The translations under genes and the position numbers were made by a program. From positions 1-64,000 of the forward strand of contig QPGO01000074.1 of the NCBI GenBank assembly GCA_008632985.1: DNA of 64,000 bases, in the 5' to 3' direction. The notes beneath the pieces are model-generated. The model saw only the letters and a program-made list of their open reading frames with translations. It searched no databases and was not told the DNA's origin. How positions within the stretch are numbered: the stretch's first letter is position 1; every line of letters begins with the position of its first letter. The stretch is from Psammoneis japonica. Lineage: Eukaryota. Of this stretch, positions 48,700 through 60,585 are shown piece after piece.

Positions 48700-49440
48700 T
48701 CTGCATTATACTTATCTGTCGGAAGGCTACATCCTCTTTCCGTTCGAATGTCTGGAAGTGGGTAACGTTGTAGTTTTTGAGCAGGTTGAATCCTCTTGGC
48801 TCAGGTAGGACATGCGATCGAAATTCGTACATCGTCTCACTTTCCATTTCAATCGGGGGGCCGCATTGCAACTCTCTCCTTATTGACTCGTTGTTGGTCA
48901 AATCAGGACATGAATTCATCGGCAACGACGACTCGGTTAGAGATTGAAAAGGAGCTTTTGGCGATATCAGTGCAATCTCAGCTCATGGAAATCGAATTGC
49001 GTTCGGAAGTCCGTTGAGTGAGGACGTTCTTGTTTTTAGATTTGAAAACATGACTAAGCAGAATGATCCCTTTCCCGAAGAGTTCAAATGAGTCACCTGC
49101 GCCCACACCTCACGTATTCGTATGGTTATCAAAAAGTTGGAGAGGCACACCACACCCAGCAAGGGCTATAGCAAGCGCACGATGTATCCAAACGCAAAGC
49201 ATCTGCGTCCACGGCAGCAACCAAGAATGTGAAGGGAATGTAGTTGAATACCTCAACAAGCTCAAGCTGTCCATGGAATCCCTGTCGGCTCCCGGGTTCG
49301 TAGAAGACATCGGCAGGAAAGCGAATACATGTGCAATCGAAAAAGGCCAAGCAATGGAAGGAAGTGTTCTCGCATGTCAGACAGCAATTTGGAGGATCAT
49401 TAATCACGAACAAACTGGAGGAAACTTTTCCAGGAAATAG
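48700..49440 (+). pseudogene. Degraded partial duplicate of the preceding gene
   Basis: LNKLKLSME...APGFVEDIGRKANTCAI with deletions and frameshifts. Confidence 0.8.
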
Positions 49441-49603
49441 GTAAGAGGCTCTCGCACAATTGGTTTCAATGACACTCTACATTTACAACGCTTGTAATGA
49501 AGCAGCCACGAGCCTCTTCAAATAATTATTATTGCGTTTTTACGCACGGCATAGAGAGATGAGCATTGACCGAATCTGGGCATTCCTCTCGCTCCAGAAA
49601 AGG

Positions 49604-49816
49604 CTATGGTCGGATAAAGTTGTTGACTGGGATGGTGACCAACTTGATAAACAGACCGAGGAAGCCCATAAGTGCAAACCCCATCCCTGTTGCTTTTGCG
49701 TCTCTCACAAACTGTTTCCGATCAGGCTTCTTGCATCGATTGCAGAAGAACTTGGAATCCTTGTAAAACCTCTTTAGCACATCGAAGGGATTCTCAAACT
49801 GGCCTGCGTCGTCCAT
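49604..49816 (-). CDS. SEC61G: Divergent Sec61 gamma paralogue
   Basis: FYKDSKFFCNRCKKPDRKQF...ATGMGFALMGFLGLFIKLVTIPVNN. Confidence 0.85.
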   Translation of the reverse strand: MDDAGQFENPFDVLKRFYKDSKFFCNRCKKPDRKQFVRDAKATGMGFALMGFLGLFIKLVTIPVNNFIRP

Positions 49817-50183
49817 GTTTATTCTTTTTCTTGATAGGTACCGTCGTCGAAACAATAATCAATTTTAAAAGTGTGAGAAAGTAGAACGACGAGCTACAGA
49901 TAACCAAAGCTTGCATCAGACTCGGCGTCGGCGTTGGAGCGCTGGAGTACTGGGATCCGGGAGATATCAGTGGAGCAAAAAACAAAATTGCTCGCGGGAG
50001 TCGCGATTCATATCGCTGCTCATTCATGCTAAATTTACGAGACACCTTACAGCATACAAAACAAGGCAGCACGGTCTAACACGAGATGCAACGCTCACCT
50101 ATGGGCCTTTGGGCAAGCGAAAGATGACAGAAAGAGTGTCAGCGTTGAATGATGAGTCCATAGTCCATCCTCCATCCACCATC

Positions 50184-52022
50184 CTACCGGCGGCCTCAAC
50201 CGGTCCCGGCGTCCGTGACTGAAATTTCATAACGGTGAAGTACGACAATCGAATAATTCGATTGGACTCAACCGGTCCCGATTTTGCATTAAAAACGGCA
50301 TGTTGTACTTTGATGCATCTCGCCATGGCATACGTCGTGATGACGATGCGTTATGCAGGGGGTATCTTTTTCTACCATTGTTTTAAAGAGGTTGATATGT
50401 TGGTTTGGTTTCCTGGGGTGCTTTGGTTGCTACACATGCTATAAACGGTTGCGTGCCTCGACTCGTGACTCGATTACGGCACGGTGCTGGTAACATCTGA
50501 ATGGTCGACAACGTTGCGTGGTAAGTTCTTTCCATATTTTCTCATTTTATACCGTTTATGCGCTCACTAAAGATGTTGTTGGTGCTTTGTTATAGCTTCA
50601 TAGGTTCATTGATCGTCTCGTACGGTTGATTATCGCTTCTGCAATATTGACATCTTGTTCACGGCGTTTGCACCGCATCAGCGCTCCAAGTAAGGAGCCT
50701 TTCGCTTGCTCCCACGCAATGATCTTTTGTGGAAAGTTTCATATAATATTGTTGGGCTTGTGACACTCTTGGCTTGCTTCTAAGGGACTTGATCGGCTCT
50801 TAATAACGGCATTTCGTTTTTCGGCCATCACAATTTCTGAAAAGTGCATGCATTCAGAATGAAACGATGCGAAGGAGCATCGAGGACACCTATGACGTTG
50901 GTTTTTGTCAGACAGACGTACCATAAACCAAAGAAGCTTTCCCTGTGAGTATGTTGTGATTGATTGAGTTTTGGTCTCGTTTTGACGAAACTCGCATGCC
51001 TCACTAGCGTTTTTTGGTGTCTTCAGTTCATGCGTCAGGCATGTGGTCTATAATGACCCTTTCTTCCTACTCTGCAATGGCATTATCATCACTATCTAAG
51101 AAATTATATCGCCCACGCTATTTTGGGAGATCTTGGTAGTGTATCAACTAGTCTAGGCTTTGCAATGGGTAAAATGGGGAGGTGGAGGCTTTTATGGCCG
51201 GGCTCCTCGCCTACTCTTGGATGCGTGGATGCAACGAACAGCTGGTGGTACTTGATGCAATGAAATTTGGTAATGCAACTCAGAACTACCTCTGAAAGGT
51301 GCACTAGTGAGTATACTGTGATTTGTGTCCTCATTGGCTTATTGTTGTGTGCTTTGTTCCGCTCATATTTTCATTTTGCCTGTCATTTTTTCAGCATGGA
51401 TATCTAGGACTGCGAGCGCTTAAAGTGGCCTTTCCATGCCAATGCTCTACACAACTGAAGTCCTTTGATAATAGTTGTTCCTTTGGGGAATCAGATTGTG
51501 GATCTTTCAGCATCTAGTGGGGTCTAGAGAGGTACGAGTTATGGATGCACTGTACCGCTAGAGTGCGCGTGCGCGTGCTTCGCCATTGCGAATGATGACT
51601 AACCGATCTTACAGATCTTAGGTGGAGACAATTGTCCTGGTCTTGCATCCGTGAGGCAACTGTGGAAGTATCAAGGAAACTATCGAATGCATTGTCCATT
51701 TGTGATCTTCTACGGGTACTCGAAGCGGCGTTTTCGGCATTTTCCGTCGACGACGAAAAGCTTGATAATCCATTAAAACGACTCATGGTATTTTGTCATT
51801 CTTTGGAGGTATGATAGTATAACTCTTGGTATTGTAGTTTTCTTTAGTGGTATGATTGTATCGCTTGTCCGTCGGGAAGAACAAACTACCGGTATCTTGC
51901 GTTGTCATTGCGCTGTGGGGCTGATGCGGCGCAGCGGCGCTCGGAATTCAAATCGAGCGAGCGTCCGTCAGTCAGCCGGCGGGACCGGTTGAGGCAGCGG
52001 GACCGGTTGAGGCCGCCGGTAG
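50184..52022. mobile_element. Non-autonomous TIR DNA transposon, copy 2 (inverted relative to copy 1)
   Basis: TIR CTACCGGCGGCCTCAACCGGTCCCG at both ends; 4-bp TSD CATC (50180-50183, 52023-52026). Confidence 0.88.
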
Positions 52023-52199
52023 CATCCAGCGCGGCGCCAGAGCCAGGCTCAGAGCGAGTTGTGATTAGTTTCCGTTTGCGCGCGCGCGCATCGGAAGGCA
52101 GTCGGTCTGTCCGTGTGACAAGGAAATAAAGGTGTTGCTTTAGGCCCTGGGGCCCTACAGCACAGTGCAGGGCCTCTCTGCCGGTCAACTAAAATGGAG

Positions 52200-55100
52200 C
52201 CAGATCTCCTTTGAGCTGCGAGATCAAGAAAGCAATGTTCAGAACATTTTGTGACTCACTGTGCTCTGAGAAAACAGCAAACACACTCTGCTTTTTTGTG
52301 CACAAATCTCAAGACAGTCTCGCGCAAGTCAGCTGTCGCTTCAACTCACAAGAAAATGCAGCCAAAGCCAACCCAGTTCAATTGTCAAAAGCACCTTGCA
52401 TTCCATGTGCCTCCATGTGGACTTCCACAGATGCTCGCTGATCTCTCTGGGCTGCAAAAGGACACATTTGTGTTGAGAGGGGGGTGGCATTTTTGGAGCT
52501 TCCACATTGACGAAGCACAAAGCACGCTGGTCACTCTGGCAAAGACATCTGGTGGTGACAGGCAAACATGTGGGCAGAGTCTAAAATGAAAGAGATTTTT
52601 CCAGCACTTGCTTTGAAACAAGAGAGCCAAGCATGGCCAAAAAGTGCTCCAGAATGGACTGACAAACAGCGGCGCATGAGCCATCGATGTTGTGACAACC
52701 AGGCACAGCAGCTGTTGCAAGCAACACTGCCTTTCTTCATTTCATGATGGACAGACTGCATGTCAAGCAGAAATTGAGCAGAGTTTCATCTTGTTGCAAC
52801 TCTCTGTGCCACATGTGAGAACACATTGCACAACAATGACAACACAAGCAGCACACCGTGAAGACCAGTTGCCACCTTCCTGCAAATTGCGCTGTGTGCA
52901 ACATCATTGTCAACTTTGGCTCTGATGTGTTTTGAGCAGCAATGGCAAAAACTCTGGGCTTTTGGCATCCCTGACAATGGCGCACCAGGCTTGGCATTGT
53001 TCAGCGAGTTTGTCAGAGATGACAGAAATGTCATTGACCCAGCAGTCTGTCAAAGTCAGAGACACTGTGTCATTCATGGATGCTCTTGGCATCCTCATTT
53101 GATGGACAGAGAGGAAAGCTGAAATGAGAAAAGGGGCAATGTTGGCAGCACCTGCTTCTTGGACCCAAGTTTGCACCATGATGCAACAGCCAACCAGCAC
53201 CCACTGCTTGCTGCTGTGAGAATCCAATCTGTGAGGGCATCATGGGTGCTCTCACTTCATTTTGTTTTTTCTTCCTGATGGTCAAATCATCATGTTTTTC
53301 TTCCCAATGGCCAAATCCAGGTGCATTGCAACATGCCCCTCTTGGCACCTGCACCACCACAACCAGAATCATGGCAAAGATGGAAGACTCAAGATCACAA
53401 AGAGCATGACTGAGATGGAGAGAAATTTGTGCACCCCATTTCTGCCTCCAAATTGCAATTCACCTGAGTGAGAGGAACATCTTTCACCTTTCAAAAGAAG
53501 AGTGAGGCCATTGGTTTCAGCTCCATTGGGTCTTGTGCAGAGCTGGCAAAAGCTCTTGGTGTTCCCAGCTTGTGTTGCACATCTTTTTTCTTGTGGGAGC
53601 TGGAGTGAGATCATGACAAATCATTGCATGAGAAAAGCACGAGTGGGCAATTTGCACCCATCAAGCATCATGTTCTATGAAGCCCCAGTTGTGCTGTTCA
53701 CAAGTCACTTCTGTGGTCTCTTCTCAGAGCAGCAGCAACTCAGACCTCATGTGTTCTTAACAAGGTTCTTGTGTTGACATTTGACATCTTGCAACATCTG
53801 TTTGCATCTGCAACAACCCACCAATGATGATGACAACAAAACAGTCACATGGCACTGGCAGTGTGACTGCCAACACATGACAAACTGATTCTGCAGCTGG
53901 CGCACGACCTTCCACTGAAGCACCATCATTGACCACCAGCCAGCAGTCCACTCACTCAATTGCTGCCTTCACACAAAAAAGTGCCTTGTCTAAAAGTGCA
54001 AACAAGTCTTGGAAAAGAACAACAGGAGCTTTTCCACCCAGCCTGGACTGGACCCAGTCAACCTCATGCACTTTGCAACATGGACGAGCCTTCTTGCTGT
54101 GCTCTGCTGCTGCAAAGTGCACTGCCCACATCTCAGCACAAATGCCCAAAGGATCACACTTCCTCTTGGCAGATGATGTGATTTGCAACTCAAGACAATC
54201 CCAAAGAGCTGCGCTGCCTGACATCATCATGACAGTGTCCCTCATCATTGTCTTGCCATGAATGAGTTGCAAGAGCATGTTGGCAATCTCTGCAGCTGTT
54301 CCAAGCAAGCATCAATCATGATTTCTTGCCACAAGCCAGCACCCTCTATTTCAAACACCTCACAGTCCACAAAACAAATGACTGTTTCACAGAGGGACCC
54401 CATGAATGCCCAGACCAAACAAAACTGGCACGTGGTGTGTCCCTGTGGTTGATTGCTTGGATTGTGTGTTTTGTCTTTCCACCAGAGGTGTGGTTCCATT
54501 GCTCAGAGCTGAATCAACCAAGTCAAGCTTGCACTTTTTTGCACAAATGCAGCAAATCTCCAGTGCACAACAAGTTGCACTGTCAATGCAGAGAAGCCAG
54601 AGCACCACACATGACATTGTCATCCACTGACCCACCAAACAACAGTGCGCTTGACTCCTCTTTGGCATCAATGGCTTGAACTGCACCGCTGGGAGGCAAA
54701 GCACCATGGGCAGCTTGGCATCTTTCTCATCATCACAAAGAGTCAATTCTGAGTCCAACAAAATTTCCAGTTCTTGTGCCATCACCTTTTCCTTGGCTGC
54801 GCGCAACATGAAAAAAAATCTGTCCAAGAATTGAGTTGTTGGGAAACTTTTTCCAATCCTTGAGAGCCTCCAATTCAGTCTCTCATGATTGATTGGCACA
54901 CACTTCAACCCCAGTTTGGACATGGACTGTGGCAAGTCTGCAGCACTGATGGCTCCCCACAGACAAGCCTTCAAGCATTGGACATGGTGACCAAGTCACA
55001 GACCGTCCAATCTTTGCCTGCAGGAGTGTGCAGAGAGCATGCTGTGCATGCAACACACAAGCCATCAGCATGTTCTGCAGCACTCTTGATGTGTTCCATC

Positions 55101-55720
55101 TAAAACACCACACTAAAAAGGAAAGCTCATGTGTGCAAAGAGAATGGCTCCAGCAAAACAGCACTGCAACACCCCCTGCTTTGGCAACTTGTCTTCTCTT
55201 GACATTTTTTCTCAAGACGGTTCTCTGCACTCTGAAGACAAAATTGACCTTTTTTTAATGCCTCTTTTCCTGAATCTTTTAGAAACCAGGCTTTTGGCAA
55301 GCACAAAGCAAGTCCTGACATTTGACATGCAAACCCAATCTACAAGCATCAGTCAGAAGGTCAATGAAGATCATGGTGAAAACAGCGGGACAAAAGAATG
55401 TTGCATCATGGTGCAAGCAATTGGGGGCGCCAGAAGCAGAGCACCACCGCTGTCGTCTGAGAAAAATGTGCCGTTTGAGAATCCACAGTGCCGTGTGCTT
55501 GCCGGCACCACAAGCAATTCTGCACTGGGAATTTTGCTGTGTTGCTGTGACAGTTTTTCAAGTTGGTGTGGCATTTTCATGGTTGATTCTCAAGTGGGAC
55601 ATCAAGCTGGTTTCTGGCGCAATGTTCTTCCAAGAAAGAGCAGCAGGGAGGAGGAAGCAAAGGGTGCACATGAGAAGCACACAGCTCTGGGGCAGAAGAC
55701 AATCCAGACAATGGGAAGCC
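52200..55720. other. TpA/CpG-depleted decayed block, probably TE-derived, family not recognised
   Basis: Composition only; no diagnostic motif recognised. Confidence 0.5.
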
Positions 55721-56033
55721 ACTCTTAAGAGGAGTCGCTTTACAAAGTGTTTGCTCTCTTGCAAGAGGACAGACAGGTCGCGGAAGAGGACAGACCGGTC
55801 ATTGGCACGTTTCGAATTGTCTCGCGCCAGAATTCGCGAATCATCATCAATCTCAAAATCGTGACAGCAAACATCCGCGGTCGCGTGGATCGTGGAGAGA
55901 GCCCACACTGCATCAAGAGGAGTTGCGGAATCGCATTGTTCCGATTGCATAAGCACCGCTGCTACTGTCGAAACGATTGCCGAGAGCCAAACGCTACAAT
56001 ACCAACGGCTGGTTGACAAAACAACTAAGCATC

Positions 56034-57309
56034 ATGGTGTATATTGCATCCGACGGAAGCATCGTACAGGGCAACCGCCCGCCGCCGCAAGCTGTACAAC
56101 ATCACATCAAGTCCTCCTGGACAAGTATCCCACTAAAAGCGCGAGCACTCATTGTCTTGGCAGCCGCCATGGCTCTGCGCCATAACTGGTCCAACAATCC
56201 TTTGGCCAACGGCGGCATTCCCGCCTCCGACCGCCTCCCCCACCAACATTGGTCTTACCTCAAGGACGATTCCGTCTTGGTTCGAACCTTGGCCGACTAC
56301 TTGAGTCACATGGGTCCGCCGTCCACATCCGAGGGCCGCCAAGCGGTTCTGCAACACAAAACGTATGAATTTCTGGAGCACGTGGACTTTGGTGGTGCGG
56401 ATGGACACGTGGCGCAAGTCATGGACACGGGCAATATGGAATCGCTACAAACCACCCGTTGCTCCACGACGCAGTCGGCCCTTACCGCCTACTTTTGTGG
56501 TGCGGCCGTGGCTACCAATCAAGATTTGAAACTGGGTAAAAACCGAAAATGGAGCAATCGAGGGCTTGACTCCTTTCGAGACTTTATAACGTGTCGACAT
56601 GGACAACAAACAAAGGACGGGCATAAGCGATCCGTCTATCGACTGGGTATTGGCTGCAATGAGAAGTGAGTAAAGTCGTTCTTTTTTGTGTGTACTTTTG
56701 GCAGAATTGCTACGTTTTTCTTATTTTGTTTTTACATTATGTTACTTACATTGCACAAGACTGGCGGGATACGCCCATGCCTGGAGCATTGTCGCACAAC
56801 CCGACGGGACCTTTTTTTGGCTGCAACCCTACATTAGTCAGTACTCGTTGGCCCGCTGGATGAATCGTATCAGTTCCGCCACGGGTCGTCCGTTGGGTCA
56901 CTTGACCTTGACGGAGCTCTTGGCAAAATTGGATCGGATGGAACGTTTGATGCATATCGACAAATGGACAGAGCAAGCCAATGCTGACTATGACGAACTC
57001 TTTGCTGTCAACAAGAACCAACAAGCGCACAAAAATGGCAAAGTGGTCGTTTGGAATCCACAACAGCGTTTAGACCATTTCTATTGGGATGAAGCGTGCG
57101 AATATCCCATGCCCATGATGAGTAGCGACGCAAACAACACCACGGCAACTTCCAAGGCGAAAGATCCCCCGAAAACAGACAAAAAGGACGGTCATCATTT
57201 TGATGGGGAGGCTGGTTTGGATGAGTGCCAACTGCAAAACACCAGGGCACAGTTGCGACTAGCTATGCCACTGGAATCTGCGTTGGAGGATATGGAAATG
57301 AAAAGTTAG
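56034..57309 (+). CDS. Unknown protein with an N-terminal membrane anchor; intron 56666-56759
   Basis: GTGAGT...AAG intron joins ORFs 55977.. and 56686.. in frame (NEK-LAGYAH); normal composition. Confidence 0.75.
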
Positions 57310-57521
57310 CACCTTCGTTATCAGCAATCGTTGAGAGCACGACAAGCAAGTAGCTACGGCGCAGACTAATAAGGAAGAAAAACTTCTTCGTTCCTCGCAT
57401 AAACAGCAGAAATCAGATTCCAATAGCGACAATTACAATCAAAGATAGGATGGCAGCTTTCTGTCAACGAAAAAACTCGTTCTCTAGTTTCAATAACTTG
57501 CGACCCAACAAGCATATTTTC

Positions 57522-57737
57522 TTAGCTTCCGACAAGAATATTGTTAATGGGAATATGAACCAACTTGACAAAGAAGCCAATGAAACCCATAATCAAGAAA
57601 CCGATACCCGTCGCCTTTGCAATGGTTGTAAACTCCTTACGGTCTGGCTTTGTGCAACGCTTCACCAAGTGCAGCGAGTCCTTGAAGAACTGCTTGAGCG
57701 GTTCAATAGCGACCTCCTGGAATCCTTCCTTCTCCAT
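57522..57737 (-). CDS. SEC61G: Sec61 gamma subunit (canonical)
   Basis: [13 protein letters not shown]...[20 protein letters not shown]. Confidence 0.95.
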   Translation of the reverse strand: MEKEGFQEVAIEPLKQFFKDSLHLVKRCTKPDRKEFTTIAKATGIGFLIMGFIGFFVKLVHIPINNILVGS

Positions 57738-58199
57738 TTTTCAAAGTATGTTATTCTGCAGAATTACAAGGCGGGCAAAGAGTAAGAAACACAAAAGCAT
57801 CGGTGCATGTAATTCTGACGGGCGTTTTTTAGTGTACGTGCAGAATAATGGTGCGACACGTGTTACTGCATCGGTCCAGAAAGGTTGTTGGGCACGTTTC
57901 AAAACAAAAGTGCGATCCATGATTGAATAGAAAGTATCTTCGATTCTTTAACCACGCGATTCTAGACTAAGCAAAACTGTGAGGAGCGCCATGGTCATCA
58001 GTCATCATAGAAAGCACTCACCGATCAACTCAAACTGTTGTGTGGTTGTTCGAGTTCGTTGCAAGCAATGACTGTTTTGTGCGCTCCGCGCGCACGCTGG
58101 CCGTCGAAACTGTTCCACGTACTGACGTGCAGTCTACCGGCACCGGTACAGTACGCACGTACAGACAGCAGTCCTACAACACCAAGGGAATGGACTGCA

Positions 58200-60500
58200 C
58201 GTAGTTGCTTGTGCTGCCAACACCCCAATGAAGAGCCAGACACAACCAACGCTGAGGCGTGGTCTGCCAATGCTGGTGCTTGTGCAGTGCCTGATGCCAT
58301 GCAACCTGCAGTTGGCACTCTCACACACACTGACTGCTGTTGCCATTTGTTGAGCCCTTGCCTTCCTCTTTTTCTTCCGCACAATGAACAAACCTTCCTG
58401 CAGGGAGTGTGCACTCTTTCAGCACAGGAAATGAGTTCCCACAGCCTTTTTTCAACTTGAGGGATTTTTCTGCCCTTTTTTCCTCCATGTCAAGGGTTTC
58501 TGTTTTCCTCCCTTGTGTTGGGTTCACATGTCAGGGGCTTGGCATCTCAAGCGAGTTGTCCCCAAAACCCACGGTTCCCTTGAGTTGGTGGTGTCCCACA
58601 GTGGGTCACACCATGCCAGACATTTTTTGTTTCATGACAACTCTTGATGTCAAATGATGTTGTCACTGCCACAGTGTGAAGCGCTCTTCTCACTGCTCTC
58701 ACCCTGGCTGCTGATGCAACTGCCGTGCAGTCAGACCATGACGACCACACTGTCATGACATGATGATGTGCCAGACAATGTTGCTGGCCTGTTCCAGCTC
58801 CAGGTGATGTGCACAGGTTTAATTCCCATCACTGGCCCATTTTTCATTTGGCTCAATGAACTCCTTCAAAATCTTGTTTTTCCCAAATCGAAGGGGAGTG
58901 CACACAAAACTCATGTTTTTTGGTGTGCACTCACCTTTCAATTTTTGAAGCGATCAAATTTGAAGGAGTTCAATGTGCCAAACTGCACAGAAAATGGGCC
59001 TTGCACATGATGGATTTCTAATCACCTGGGGCTGGAAAATGCCTGCTTTCACAGCGTCAAATGTTTGTTGCTTGCTGTGGAAGTCTGGTGCTGCAGAAGA
59101 CATCAGCGCCACACTGTCAGATTTTTTCTTGCTCCACAAGGATGCATCATTCTGTGTCACTGCCATCAGTGTCAGTGCTGTCAGATTTTGTTGTCCATTG
59201 ACTGCACAGCCCGTCCAATCTCAGCAGGGCCAGCACAGCACAATGTCATTTTGCTTGTGACTTGAGATGCCAGACATTTGGGCTGATCAAATGGTGCGTT
59301 GCAGTCAACAAAATTCCCAATTGTCAGAAATGACAGCACAAACATGCCTTCTCATCAATGCAGCAACATTTGGGATGGCATCAAACAGTGGCCATGCAGG
59401 CCAATGTGCCTCTGTGGTGCTGGCTTGCATGTTGCCAATGTCAACGCCAATGTTGTCAAGCTCATTGTCTGGCAACCCATCAAATTTCATTTTGTTGCTG
59501 TGCACAGAAACACTGCTGCCATCTGTTGGCATGTTTGCGGCAGCAACAGATGACATTGTTCCCATGCTGTTGTCCTCCTCATGTTGCGCCGATTAAAAAG
59601 ACTGGTCATCACACCACTGTGGCTCCACTTCTCTTCATTTTCTTGGGGCAGCTTTGACAAGCAAAGAAGTGGCTTGTGCAACTTTGCAGCCAGAGCCAGT
59701 GGCTTTTGCTTCTCATGTGTGCTTGGGAGATGATTGCCTTCCACAGACAGGACACACGGCAGCACCCATGTCATCTGCATCTTCTCCTTCAACTGGCTGC
59801 ATGCAACACAATGCACTGACAAGAAGCAATCCATCGCCAACCCACTCTTCACATTGTTGAGGTGACAAAGCTTCAAAGGAAGCAATGTGGCAAAGACATG
59901 TGTCTTTTTTGTTGCTCAAACTGCATCGGAACAGAACCGGCACAACTTCGGTGTCTTTTTGAAGTCTTGACACACCACCTTGTGTCCGCTTGGCAGCTCT
60001 GAAAAACTGAACTCTTCACTCTTGCTGCCACAAACACATTGAAAGGGCTCTGCTCCTCTCACGTGGAATGTGTTTCTGTCATGAAGTGGTGACACAATGC
60101 GTGACAACATGGAGAGGGCTGAAAAATCTTGCCGGCTTCCCCCCAGCACATCTCATGGCACACACTGCATTCCATGGTGCAGTTTGAACAACACCCTTCA
60201 GCACGGAGCTGCTGAAGTCATGCAGTGAGGAGTTGCAAATGGTTTGGTGTGACGGGGATTGCCGTGGGGGCAGCAACATGTCAACACCTTGTGGTGGGTG
60301 TCAAAAATGAGGTGCAAATGAAATTCAACTTTTTGCTTTTTTACAAACAAAAGCATCGCGCACTGGTGGCAAGACGGTTGGTGCCGCAAATCACAAAATC
60401 ACCCACCTTGTGCAGCATGACAAGGCAAATGACCCGTTTTTTGACCGTTGGGTCATGCAAGCCATTTGAACTCAAATTTGAACACGCTTGCGCGAGCTTG
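58200..60500. other. TpA/CpG-depleted decayed block, family not recognised
   Basis: Composition only. Confidence 0.5.
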
Positions 60501-60585
60501 GTGAGCAAATGACAGTTTGTTGCTCTTTCTCTTGCTTGTTTTCACTCATTCTTCCGAAGAGCAACAAAGAGCAACAAGCCGCTAG

